This document shows positions 26,098 to 38,182 of a stretch of 64,000 nt of DNA, one piece after another. This stretch comes from Mobula hypostoma (taxonomy: Eukaryota). The stretch is taken from positions 147,748,001 through 147,812,000 of the forward strand of contig NC_086097.1 in NCBI RefSeq assembly GCF_963921235.1, in the 5' to 3' direction. Below the pieces are notes generated by a model that ran no database searches, was not told the origin of the DNA, and worked only from the letters and a program-made list of their open reading frames with translations. A program made the translations under genes and the position numbers. Numbering within the stretch: the stretch's first letter is position 1; the number at the start of each line of letters is the position of its first letter.

Positions 26098-27083
26098 TAC
26101 CTCTTCCTAGAGATGCTAACTGGCCTGCTGCATTCACCAGCAACTTTGATGCGTGTTCACATATGAGGAGTGTTTGGCAGCTTTAGGCCTGTACTCACTT
26201 AAATTTAGAAAAATGCTGGGGAGACTTATTGAAACCTACCAAATGTTGAAAAGACTAGATAGGGTGGATGTGGGAAGGATATTTCTGATGATGTGGGCAC
26301 AGCCTCAGAATTGAGGGGGGCGACCCTTTAAAACAGAGGTAAGGAAGAATATTTTTAGCCAGAGAGTAGTGAATCTGTGGAATGCTTTGCTTCAGACTAT
26401 GTGAAGGTCAAGTCCATGGGTATATTTAAAGCGGAAGTTGATAGTTTTCTGATAGGTTAGGGCATCAGAGGATATGGTGAAAAGGCAGGTGCATGGGGTT
26501 GAGTGGGATATGGGATCAACCATGATGGAATGTTGGAGTAGACTTGGCCTCCATTCAGCCCTTGGCCTCCATGCCAGTTCTTAGCAAGCGATCAGATTAG
26601 TCCTAATTCCTCTCTTAAATGCTTTTGAGTGTAAAGACGTAATGTTTTAATGATTTTACTACTTCTATTACTTACTGACCTTGCAGAACAAACTTATACT
26701 GAGTTGGTGGCAAGTATTAAAATCTGTTCACAGATTGCTTCTGATACAATTTAGAGATGAGCGGGAGAGAGTGACTTTTTTGTTAACAACTACTACAAGA
26801 TGCTTTTAGTTTACACCTCATAAGCGTTTTATTGCAAGACAAGCATTGATTGACCTTGAAGAAGATGACTTTAAGTGTTCTTCCTTTGGGAAATTGTCCT
26901 TGCTCCATTTTCCCTTGACAGAGGTGACATTTCTTGTAGGAGTTAAAAGTGTGGCCATATGAATTAGAGCTCCTGGCTTAGAATGTTTTGGCCTATTTGG
27001 AGAGTACTCTATGTATTTCCTTGTGATATTTGTACTGCGTTCTTGTAATGAGAGATAAACTGAGACTGATGAATTTTTTTCAG

Positions 27084-27242
27084 AAAGCCGGTCTTCGAGA
27101 AGGCGACTACATTGTCTCAGTGAATGAACAGGATTGCAAGTGGTCCAAGCATTCTGAAGTTGTTCAGTTACTGAAAACTACCAGCACAGAGAGTGTCAAG
27201 ATTGGTGTAATAACACTAAATACTTTTGAACACCAGAATAAT
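27084..27242 (+). CDS. RHPN1: Rhophilin-1 exon, second half of the PDZ domain: KAGLREGDYIVSVNEQDCKWSKHSEVVQLLK...EHQNN
   Basis: tttttttcag acceptor, gtaagt donor, phase 0 to 0. Contains the PDZ motifs AGL..GD.I..VN and H.EVV.LLK. Confidence 0.94.
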
Positions 27243-28222
27243 GTAAGTGATAACTATTAGATGTGACTTTTAATGATAAGTGGTGAGTTGATAGTTGTGT
27301 AAGTCAATAGTACAATTAGGATATCACCACATGTAGGCACTTTAGAGTTGGTTACTTTTATGAGAAACTTGGAGCAAGAATCTGAATTTGTTACATGCTA
27401 ATATCTAATCACTGTACCAATTACTTTAATCCAGTGCAGTAGCCCCCCACTTCCCCATACCAAACGGTGATGCAGCCAGTCAGAATGCTGCATTGCCACA
27501 TTCATGAATATCAACATTCATTTGTTGTCATTTCCTGCACAGTTGCAATAGCACAGAATCAGAAGGTCCCACACCAAATGACTGATTTCGACGTCCTTGA
27601 AATATCAGTCGAAGCTGAATTGTGGACAGGTTTTATTTCCTGAACACTAATTCCCATTTTTAATGAATATCTGTTATCCATATAATTTCATAGTTCTAGA
27701 ATGTCCTAACATAGACACTTCTGTTCTCATCTAGAGTTGGTATCTTTCACAATGCTTTAATGGTCTTCCAAAGCAATAATGATGAGATGTGAAAAAACAA
27801 TCAGGATGACTTCCTACTTCTGCTGCTAATTGATCCTTGCTTGGTGTCAGATGTTGATTTTATTTGGTTGAACTCTGATCGTCCCTATTAACAGTAAAGT
27901 TAAATTTAAGTTGAGTGTGCCACCTTCCAACATTTACTACATGTAGAATAAGTAGGTTTGGGAAGAAACGAAAAGAAGACAGACATGCAATAAACTCTAA
28001 AAACATCCTGAACTTGGGAATACCACTAGCCAAACCTTCCCTCAATATGTTAATTCTCCCTGTGGGAATACTATCTGAATTCATTGTGGGATCTCTACCA
28101 AATTGGCATTGCCAAGTTGTCTCGATGGAGAAAAATCACAGATATTATCTAACTGATGAAAGTTTACACACGAATGAAATATAGGAACCTTGGTCTACTT
28201 CTGCAGGAATTGCAAAAAGTTA

Positions 28223-28411
28223 CAAGCAAGAGAAAATCTGCAGATGCTGGAAATCCAAGCAACACACAAAATGCTGGGGGATCTCAGCAGGCCATTCAGC
28301 ATTAATGGAAAAGAGTCCTGCCAAAGGGCCTCGGTCCGAAGCATCGACTGTACTCTTTTCCGTAGATGCTGCCTGGCCTGCTGAGTTTCTCCAGCATTTT
28401 GTGTGTGTTGC
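28223..28411. mobile_element. Short fold-back Penelope-derived element with a decayed hammerhead and a 13-bp TSD
   Basis: Inverted arms of about 55 bp around gagtcCTGCCAA-agggcctcggtcc-GAAGcaTCgactg. TSD TTGCAAAAAGTTA at 28210-28222 and 28412-28424. Confidence 0.85.
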
Positions 28412-28424
28412 TTGCAAAAAGTTA

Positions 28425-29135
28425 GCAGGCGGGTACAGCAAGTAATTAGGAAAACAAATTACATATGGGCATTTTATTGCTAAAGGGTTTGAGTATATAA
28501 ATGAGAAGATCTTGTCATAATCATATAACAAGAGTGCTAGTGTGGCCCCACCTGGAATAACATGCAATATCTTGGTCCTCTTATTTAAGAAAAAATATAG
28601 TGGCATTGAAAGCAATCCAAAAGTGATTCACTACGCTAATTCCTGTAACAAATTCCATGACATATCCCGGTGATAGTAAACCTGATTCTGATGAGGGAGT
28701 CGTCCTATCATGAGCAGCTAAAATTTTTGATGACTATTCTTTGGAATTGAAAAGAATAAGAGTTGAGCTTATTGAAATGTGTAAGATCCTTGGGGACCAT
28801 GATAGGATAGATGTCAAGATGTTTCTACAGGTGGGAAAATTTTGAATGAGAGGATATAGTTCCCAAGTATTTCTTTTTAAATGAATGCTCCCTATTGTTG
28901 TAATTACTGATTGCAGAGGATGGCGAATCTCTGGAAATCTTTGCCCCAGAGGATTACGGAGGCTTGATCATTGGTCTGTTTAAAGAGCACATAGAGAGAC
29001 TTTTGAAAGTTTAGGGAATTGAGATCCGGTATAGAACAGGAGGTGAGACCTGGGTCATAACAGCCATGATCATATTAAATGTGGAGCTAGCTTGTGAGGC
29101 TGGTATCCTACTCCTGCTCTAAGTTTCTTATCTCC
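28425..29135 (+). mobile_element. Old CR1 3' fragment
   Basis: Collinear with the CR1 C-terminal coding region and 3' UTR (cagccatgatcatattaaatg...cctactcctgctc). Confidence 0.65.
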
Positions 29136-29442
29136 TCATGGCTAAAATCAGTAGGGACTGTTAAGTAGAATAAGTAGTAATAAGAAGAATTATTATTTCA
29201 GGATGTATATTGTACACATTTCTCTGACATTAAATGTACCTATTGAAATCTATTGAAGTAGCCCATGCAATGTAATTAGAGCATTGTATCTCTTAACTTT
29301 AAGTGCTACCTAACAGTCTTTTAATCTAGTTTCAAAGGCCATTTTTGAAAATGGTTCTGCTGTATTAAATTATGAGTCTGTGCCCGATGGCAGACTTTTC
29401 ATTTAGCAGTTTACTATTCATTCCACTTTTTCTTTCTTCCAG

Positions 29443-29562
29443 GCAGACAGGAAATCACTTCTAGGTACAATGTCCTCGACAAGCATCTTCTCTGGCAGTG
29501 ATAAAGAGAACAGCAGGAAAATTGCTGATTCCAGCAAAGGTTCGGGGTTGTTGACAACCTGA
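29443..29562 (+). CDS. RHPN1: Rhophilin-1 terminal coding exon to the first stop: ADRKSLLGTMSSTSIFSGSDKENSRKIADSSKGSGLLTT*. The frame stays open to a second TGA at 29644-29646
   Basis: Strong polypyrimidine tract plus cag acceptor at 29440-29442, phase 0. In-frame TGA at 29560-29562, then NKKKSTSKDGSTHSLPFIAVTDDGSFY*. Confidence 0.8.
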   Translation, partial: ADRKSLLGTMSSTSIFSGSDKENSRKIADSSKGSGLLTT

Positions 29563-29646
29563 AACAAGAAGAAAAGTACAAGCAAGGATGGCAGCACCCA
29601 CAGCTTACCTTTCATTGCCGTGACAGATGATGGATCATTTTACTGA

Positions 29647-32600
29647 AGAGTATCATCAGTACTATATATGAGAATTATTCATTAGTTACACAAACATACA
29701 CATCTCAAGTCTGGATGCAGAGCAATTGTATCGAGGTTCATGTCACTCAAGGCCTTGCCAGTTAAAGACAGCACAACTTGAATCCCTTCCTGCAATGCTT
29801 GTGAGCACATCTTTATATTCAAAGCTTCATTTGTGAAAAAACACAGTGTAATAGAGGAAAGACAAGATAAGGTGTGGAACAAAAATGGAGTTTGTTTCAG
29901 TATTATTTATTGATCCCAGCTTCATTCTCCATGCCTGATGTGCAGCAAGATTTCACTGGAAACACTGACTGTTATAGTCACTGACTTGTGCAGAAGAGAA
30001 ACATGCCCTTTGTTTCAACATGTCTATGTCTACTGTCTCTTTTTTCTATAAGATAAATTTCTTGAATTGTTATTTTCACTCAGTGAGAATTTACAGGATA
30101 TTAACAAATGGCATTGAAGCTGCTACTCCAGGATAAGACATTTTTCAAACATCATATGGATTTTTTTGTTCTTTTTAGGCTGATCAAGAACTTGTATTTT
30201 TCTTTTTCAGGAAAAGCTTTTGTTAAATTTGTAATGATTTATTTTCACAAGTTACTGAAGGTCTAACAAGCAGATGATAAGACAGTATTATTCTTTATGG
30301 ATTAAATAGGCTGTTTTAGGATTAATACCACATCCAAAGTGCAAGAGCCTCCTGTATTGTCCCCTGTATCTTTGGATTGCATTCTGCCCTATATTACATT
30401 TCGTTAATGTGTCCTGTTAGTAGCTTTACACAAAATTTGCACTTTAGGATCCAGAAACATGTTTACTCCCTCCTACCACTTACTAAAAGAAAAATTAGGA
30501 GCCATGCTTGGTTTGGCTTGGTAGGATTTATCATTTGCTGTCAGTTGATATAGATTTTTTTAAAGAAAGAGGACAAAGCTATACTTTTAGAATTAATTCA
30601 TAATTTAAAATTTATTGATGTCAAAAGGAAAACAAATGGACGATTTTCAATCTCAAACTATCATCGTTTCAGAGACTTAGATAAGTTACAGAGGAACTAC
30701 TGAAAACATTTTATATTTTAAAAATATGGGTCTAGTTATTCCTAGGTAGCAGAAGTTTTAGATAGCAAATTTCATGTACAGTAGTCAATAGCAGAGCCAA
30801 AGGCAGTTATTCTGACCATGGCAGAGTTTAGCAAAGGACAGACTAATGTCAAAACTGAACTCAATGAGGAACCAGTATTATAATACTATCTTTAATGTCT
30901 ATTATGTATTGTGTTCAATTTATCAATGTTAAATTCCAGTTTTTAAAAAGAGGTAGCACCTGCCAGACAGACTTTCAGTATAGATCAGCTGAACTGTGCT
31001 TCCCCTCTATTTTTATTATAAAAAACATTCCACTTGTTTTTAATCTTTTTGTTTTAAGTAACGTTTTGTAGATTTTAGTTCTTCCCTGAATAACGAAACT
31101 GATTATAGCCAATAGTTGATTGAGTTACTATAAAACAACTTAAGAGTCTTTTAAAAAGTTTTTTCTCTATTTTCAGACATAGTGGTGTTGCTTTTTCATT
31201 TGTTAACATTATAATGTATCTCGTAACTCCAGATTTTATTTGTGCTGAATGACAAAACAACATTATTTTTTCATTTTTGACTGGCAGTTACGAGTTCAGT
31301 TGATTTGTGCAGAGCAGATTCTCACAAAAAAGAATCAGATTACTTTGATAAACTTCCAAATAACATAATTGATAGGCAAAGGCACAAATGTTACCTCTCC
31401 TACTTTTAAATTGTTGCCATTGAATATTTAATAACTACAAATAGAATTGGTTGTCTATCTCTACCAAAAGATGATGGCTCTCAACCTCATTGAATCAAAC
31501 AACTTCCCTGGGCCATTGACCATGTATATAGCATTGAATTCCATGTAGGTGCTTTAATTTCTTTTCTCTGAACCTTAGCACCAGCCAACTTGCTGTTGTA
31601 CCTCAGCACCCAATACCTCCTTTGCCCTGACAAAGTCCATCCACCCAATCTCGCCAAATCCTCCAGTCTTTTCACCAATGAATAACTATGACCAACTACT
31701 CCAACATTAACCCCTCTCACCATACCTCAACTCCATTCCCCAATTCACCACTAATAGCTAAAGAAAGTGCATAATCACACTGTAGGAAAATCAGGAATGA
31801 TAACAAATGTATTCTTGCCTATGCAAACCCACCTGAAAAATAAAATAAAATATTTGAAAGTATAGGAAAATATAACATAAAGCATTGACAAGCTTAAAAT
31901 TACAGTTGTGCTTTTAACTGGATAATGCATGGTTAAGATTTGTTTTGCACTTATTCACATTTATTTCTAAATCACTGAAAAGTACATTGTTTTTAATGTT
32001 CAGAGGTTTGACTGCCTAAATAAATTTAATTCAAACTCTCTGCTGAAGGAACTCAGTAGTTCAAGTGGCATCTTTGTCGGGGATGGGCACATGTGCAAAG
32101 GAATCATCATCACTTGGGGTCAAAACCCTGCATCAAGACCTGTACCTGAGCTGCTGAGTTAAACAAATATTTTGTTGTTCCAGATACCAGCATCTGCAGT
32201 CTCTTGTGACTCCTATCCCATCTTTTGCTATTATTCCTATCCCATCTTTTGATTATTGTTGTCTGGTCTCTGCTGACCACAGTCCAGGAAGATGTAAATC
32301 AGGTACGATGTATTAAAATAAACAATTGCACAAAATACTCATTGCCTTAAACAGATTAAACACTAAACTAAATGCTAGTCATGACTACTTTGGAATTTGT
32401 AAACAAACTTCCTACTGGAGGGATTTAACAGTATAAATAAATTTTATGTTTACATCATTATCATTCTTGTTTAATATTTGATGGCACATGGAACATGTCT
32501 TTTTCATTTCTAGTACTCATTGTCTTACGTAAAGACAAGTTGTTCAACCCTTCCTCTTGAATAGGAAAAAGTTGATTTCCATTGACTACCATTCTTGTTT

Positions 32601-34530
32601 TCATTCATTACCAGCTGACATCTGAATAAATCCTATACATATCCCTCAATTGCCTCCCTCATTCTTGACTCTTTGGAGCAAATCAGATGGAGTTAGAGAA
32701 ACATGGTATGGCATTATCCCTGAACATACTGTACTTTTTCCATCCAATACTTCCTGTTTTCTTTGGAGAAAATAATTTTCATTTCAAGTAAGATAAAAAT
32801 GCAGAAAGACTGCAAAGTAATTAAAAATAAAAGATGACTAATTGGGGTCGTACTGTTTGCATAGATCAAACTTAAATAAAAGTCATCAAAGATTGAAAAC
32901 TAATATTTTTTGGGTTTAGTTTAAGAATTAGATAGCTTGACATTGGTAGTTGACTATTGTCAGGTTTATGAAATAAGACTAAACTGCCTTGGTTATTAAA
33001 AGTCAACTCATGATTCAAATTTATCAGTGTAATGACTGGATTATTTTGGCATCAACTTATCTCTTTATTTGTTTTAGAATAATTTATAATTTTATTATTT
33101 CCCACAAAAATACTTTTGAGTAAGGGAAGCATAAGGGACACAATATGAATTGTTGCACTAAAATACAGTGCAAACTCTTAACAATGAAAGAGAAAGAAGA
33201 TTTACATTTTGAATTGAGTCTCTTCAAATCAGCAAGAACTAAACCAGAGCATCGATTTTTGTATGTAAAGTTTAAATGCCACAGTGGAGGCAAATGGGCG
33301 GGCATAAGAAACCACCTACAATTAATGTTAGAATTTGTAAGATAACACCATGATTAACATGCAGATATACTTGTATATTGCAAACTTTTTGTTGGGTGAA
33401 ATCTGAGCAAACATATGAAGTATTTTTTTCTATAGATTGAAATCACACCTAAAATGGATTTTTTAAAATTTATATGTAATTATCATCATAGGTAAATGTT
33501 AAAACTTGTATTTTGTTCTGTAACTAATACTTGATAACTTTGTGAGAAGTATGGATTAAAATAATGCAATTTCCATTTTTCATATTTAATTTTATGATCT
33601 TTCCAATTAAGTTTTCAAAAATGTATATATTTGTAACAAACAGTGATGAGTAGCATTGGCAGACCTATCTCTTACTGTTGTTCATTCTCAAGACGTGGAT
33701 TTCAGACTAGCATCTATTGACCATTCCTATTTGCTTTCAAAAAAGTTGTGGTGGTCCTTATTACTGATCTGATAAAATTGAAGCTATATCTTCAAGGATT
33801 TTGATTGTTATTGTTGATGTACTGTGTAAATCAAGTGATTGATATTTTTTAGAAACAGTAGAAAATTTTGATGGTTACGTTGTACCACCTTGCTGCTATG
33901 AATACAGTGCCCTTTCATGGTATTGCATTTTAATCCTATTTAAAATACTGTGTACTCTGGTGGGAGGTGGAAGTTGTAAATTGCTCTTCTTTTGCCAGTA
34001 TTATTCATTGCTGACTTTTTTTTGTGGATTGGACCCAAACTGGTGTAATAACTGATGTTCAAATTACTCACTAGATTTTCATTAGTTTGTAATGAGTAGG
34101 ACAGATCAGAAGGCTTTTAATATTTACTTTTGTGATTTGCAAATACAATGCACTTGCACCATTGATACGTTTGATACAAAACAAATTATTATTATTTTTC
34201 AATTCCCAGAAGCAGGTGTAGGAGAGACCTTGGATTGTAGCCAAGCTAATTTTTAAAATCATTTTATAAATTTCGTGCATAAGAAACAAATGTAAACTTA
34301 TGAAAAACTGCCAGGTATCTGATACATGTTGAATAACTGTACATCCATTTCTGAATGTCTGTGGGGAAATGTTTACGTTTGCATCAGAAATATTATCCTA
34401 TGTGTCTTTAGTCAATTGTTTTGGTACGAGATATATTTTTGGACATTCCTCAGATATTATGATTTAAGATGGTAGTTTTCTATTTCTGTACTATAATGTC
34501 TATGAATAAATTTCAAAATTAATTATCTGT
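29647..34530 (+). other. RHPN1: Probable long RHPN1 3' UTR, with a candidate distal poly(A) signal AATAAA at 34505-34510
   Basis: AT-rich and largely repeat-poor stretch after the stop. The AATAAA is followed by T/GT-rich sequence, after which repeats resume. Other AATAAA hexamers occur upstream, so the end is inferred. Confidence 0.4.
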
Positions 34531-35544
34531 TTCAATTGCTGATTGCCTTTGTCTGGGAATAGGACCAATTGGACTGGTTTTACATAGAGCCAACGTGCCA
34601 AATGCTGTGCTGTAATTTCATGATTCCGTGAATGGTCTGTGGACCTCTTGTTTACAGTGTCAAGGAGTTGTACAGAGCAGAGATGGCCCCTTTGCTCAGA
34701 ACATGTGCGCTGACCCCTTTGTCAATCTTTAGGAGCACCCTGCATTAGGATCATATCTTTTCATGCCTTACTGATTTAAATGTCTGTCCGAATACTTCAT
34801 AAATGTAATAGTTGTATCTGATTCCACCACCATCTCTGGCCGGGCATTCCAAATATTAACCATTCAGTCTGTACTAAATCTTGCTCCCTAGATCCTCTTC
34901 AAAACTCCTTCCTCTTGGGTTGAGTTGTTTTCTGATCTTGGTAATTCCTTTGCTAACGTTTCATCACCATATGAGGAGACATCATCAATGCACTGTTAAT
35001 TTGCAGCATGTCCTCCAAATATTTGGCCTTTAGATACTTATCAATTAGCTGATTGGTCATCATCATGGAAGCTCGTTTGTGATGTAGCAGAAGTGTCTTG
35101 TCACTGATTGGTTGAGTGGCGAACTCTGTGCGTTGTGGTCTGGAATTTTGCCTGCATTGGCTTATAAATAGGATTAAGGTCTACGTGTCTATTTATGGAT
35201 TGTTCATGGAAACCCATGGTTCTAGGAAGTCTCTTTCGTGCCTTGTGTTTGCTTGTGCCATAAGTTTCACTGATGCCCAGTCGAATTTGTGCCCCTCACA
35301 ATCTTCATGGGTAGAGACAAGGGAGAGATGGTCATGCCACTTAACAGCCAATTGATGTTCTTAGATCCTGTGGATAAAGAGGAGAAACATCTCTTCAAAG
35401 CATTCACACAAAATGGATGCCCATGTAACTTCATATGATGATGCCTTACAATGTAGACAATGCACCAACCAAGAAGTAACCAAATGGGTTGTCTTTCCAT
35501 ACATTTTAAATATGTCGGAAATGACAGCCCAGCTGCTCATCGCA

Positions 35545-35960
35545 TCAGTTCAGTGAAGTTATCCACCCCTGCTCAAGAGCCTGATGTTTGAGGGGTGGTA
35601 ATTATTCCTGAACCTGGTGGTGTGGGTCGTAAGGCTCTGTATCTGCTTCCTGAATGGCAGCAGTGAGAGAGAGCATGGCCTAGACGGTGGGGTCCTTGAT
35701 GATGGGTGCTAATTTCCTGCAACAGTGCTCCTTGTAGATGTGCTTAATGGTGGGGAGGGCTTTAATGTTGATGGACTGGGCTACACTCACTACTTATTGT
35801 AGGCTTTTCCATTCGAGGGCATTGGTGTTTCCATACCAGGTCATGACGCAACCAGTCAATATACTCTCCATTGCATATCTATAAAAGTTTGTCAAAGTTT
35901 TGGATGACATGCCAAATCTTTGCAAATTTCTATGAAAGTAGGGGTGCTGCTGTGCTTTCT
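35545..35960 (-). mobile_element. Rex1/Babar LINE 3' fragment
   Basis: FGMSSKTLTNFYR..MESILTGC...WYGN is the conserved C-terminal region, also seen at 53200-53320. Confidence 0.75.
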
Positions 35961-37209
35961 CTGTAACATTCAACAAGAAACCACAGCCAATTCCATTTTC
36001 CAATTTCAACAACCCAGACACCATCTTTGTGGTATTCCCGATCTCTACTGATATTCACTTCCTTTCTTTCTGTAGCCTCCAATGCATTTGTTGGAAATGT
36101 AATATTGTTTTTTCCCATTTCTGCTGTCACACCCAAGGTTCCAAAAATTCCACCCAGCTGAAGTGGTGAATAACATGTACTTCTTCCAATACTGAAACTC
36201 CATTTATTGTGGTCTTCTCTACGTTGGTGAAACCAAACACAGATTGCCTGATCACTGCAGAACATCCTCAATTAATCAACAATGATGATTCAAAGCTTCC
36301 AGTTGCATGTAACTTTCATCCCACTTGAAATCACCACTTTCACTGTTCAAAGCACTATCTCTTCCTCTAACTAAACATGTTACATAAATACTCAACAGTG
36401 AATTTATCAATTTCGGATTACCAGCTTTTCCCATTTGTGGTAAGGCTGGCCAGTTCAGGCAAAAAGTAAATAACCTGTAATGCTAAATGCTTTTTATCTC
36501 TGCAGATGTTGTCAGACCTGCTGAGTAATTTCAGCATTCTCTGTTTCAGATTTCTAGCTATTGCATCTTGCAGATTCAGTTCTCCAGACAAATATCCAGT
36601 TTTGTTTCTGTCTGTTCTCATTATCTCCTACTATTTTCATGTCATAGAACATAGAATATAGGACAGTACAGCGCAGGAACATGCTCTTTAGCCCACAATT
36701 TCTGCCAGATCAATTAAATTAGTAATCAAATAGCCAACTAAATCTCTTTTGCCTACACATTTTCTTTACAAACTCTTTAATGTATCTAACTCTACCACCA
36801 GGCACCCACTACTCTATGTAAAAAAAAAATAAATTGCCACTCACATCTCCTTTGAAATGATCCCTTCACACCTTAAATGCATGCACTCTGGTTTTAGTCA
36901 TTTTTCTTCCCATAATCATTGCCTATAGTGCTGTACATTTTTAGCATATTCAGCTGCAACTTTTTTTGTTGTTTTTTAGTTTCCAGAGATAGTTATCTAC
37001 CTTTGCAAATAAGTTGTCTTTTGGTGGTAAATAAAAAAGTACTGCTTTCCTACATAAAGTCTTATATAATTTACCTTGGTCTGTTTAAACAAAACCACAT
37101 TAGTGGCTTTCAGAGTAAATTAAGGAAACATACTGAGATAAAGACTAATAAGCAAATTAATTACCTCATCTAATAGATTCTCATGTTGTGAAAGGAGATA
37201 CTTTGTCTC

Positions 37210-37244
37210 AGTTCTGATGAAGGTCTTTGCCCGAAATGTCAATC
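37210..37244 (+). ncRNA. Isolated hammerhead-like motif with the core retained and stems partly decayed
   Basis: agttCTGATGA-a-ggtctttgccc-GAAA-tg-TC-aatc. Confidence 0.45.
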
Positions 37245-37710
37245 ACATTGGCCTTCATCAGTTGGGGCATTAAATACAGAAGCTGGGCATTGTGCTGCAG
37301 TTTTATAAGACACTGCTGAGGCTACTCATTGAAGTATTTTGTTTAGTTTTGGTGACCCTTTTATAGGAAAGATGCAGTCAAACGTGAAAATTGCAGAAAA
37401 ATATTTGTTTCCATGTTAAGAGGGTATTGGGAGAGTGTGGCCAAACTTGGTCTTTCTTCCTTGGAAGGTAGGACAATGAAGGGCGACCTTATAGAAATGC
37501 TTAAAATAGGCATAGACTTGGGGTGAGAGGGAAAGCATTTAAAAGGCCACGAGGGGCAATATTTTCATACAGAGGTTGTTGAGTATATGAAACGAGCTGC
37601 AAGAAATGGTCGAAGCTAGTACCATAGTATTATTTTTAAAAAAATCACTTGGATGAATACATGGATGGCGGGGCTCAGCCGGGTATGGGCCAAACATAGG
37701 AAATTGAGCG
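37245..37710 (+). mobile_element. Old CR1 3' fragment
   Basis: Collinear with the CR1 C-terminal coding region. Confidence 0.6.
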
Positions 37711-37889
37711 TGGACACCGTTGCTAAGCAATGACTGGTGGAAAGCAGGACCTGTCCTTGGCATGAAAGGAGAGCTAAAGTACTATTCGACTGTTCTGGGG
37801 AACTTTTAGAGCTAATGCCCCTTTACAGATTAAGGACCGAATCACTGGACCACTGTTGACAATTTTACACCCACAATGACTGCCCATCC

Positions 37890-38136
37890 ACATCACTCAC
37901 TTGCTCGCTGCAAAGCTCGATTTCACGAGAACTAGATTTGTTCCGCCCACCTTGATGTCAAATTCCAAATGTAATTGGTGATCAAGCGCCCGAGCGTCTG
38001 CCACCCTGGACTGGTTTACGAGGGTGTCAATCATGCGGGGATCACCCATCGGCGAATTACGTCATGACGTCTTGGGGATGTCGGTTAGGCCGTACGTATG
38101 AAGGTGTCGTGGGCGTCGTCGTGAGTAGCTAGGACC
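37890..38136 (+). promoter_or_regulatory. CpG-rich ZC3H3 promoter and 5' UTR with a GC box, an inverted CCAAT and tandem CRE/ATF-like sites
   Basis: The clearest non-repeat CpG-dense stretch in the window. CCGCCC at 37943, TGATGTCA at about 37953, ATTGG at about 37974, TTACGTCA-TGACGTCT at 38057-38072. Lies directly upstream of the Kozak context ACCATGG. Confidence 0.7.
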
Positions 38137-38182
38137 ATGGAGGAGCGGGCGGTGTTAGAGAGGCAAATCCGACTCTTGTCCG
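38137..38182 (+). CDS. ZC3H3: ZC3H3 first coding exon: MEERAVLERQIRLLS
   Basis: ACCATGG start and gtgagt donor. Resembles the ZC3H3 N-terminus as recalled (MEEKEILRRQIRLLQGLI). Phase 1 joins the exon at 40891. Confidence 0.9.

Larger units (their letters stand above)
24999..26158 (-). mobile_element. Penelope-like element, family B: minus-strand GIY-YIG 3' end plus an inverted terminal repeat, with a 9-bp TSD
   Basis: ORF 25401-25727(-) VIYCVRCSRCGLLYIAETRRRLGDRFAEH is a GIY-YIG. Arms at about 25040-25420 and 25738-26155 are reverse complements. TSD ACATATGAG at 24990-24998 and 26159-26167. Confidence 0.92.
23690..26545 (+). mobile_element. Degenerate CR1 LINE interrupted by a Penelope insertion at 24999-26158
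   Basis: QHGF..GKSCLTNL, YLDFQK.FDKVPH, GVSQGSVLGP and FADD. The CR1 sequence resumes exactly after the duplicated ACATATGAG. Confidence 0.88.

Noticed and set aside
29647..34530. SECIS element that would explain the RHPN1 in-frame TGA
   Set aside because: I could not identify a convincing AUGA/AA/GA kink-turn stem by eye. A dedicated search is needed.
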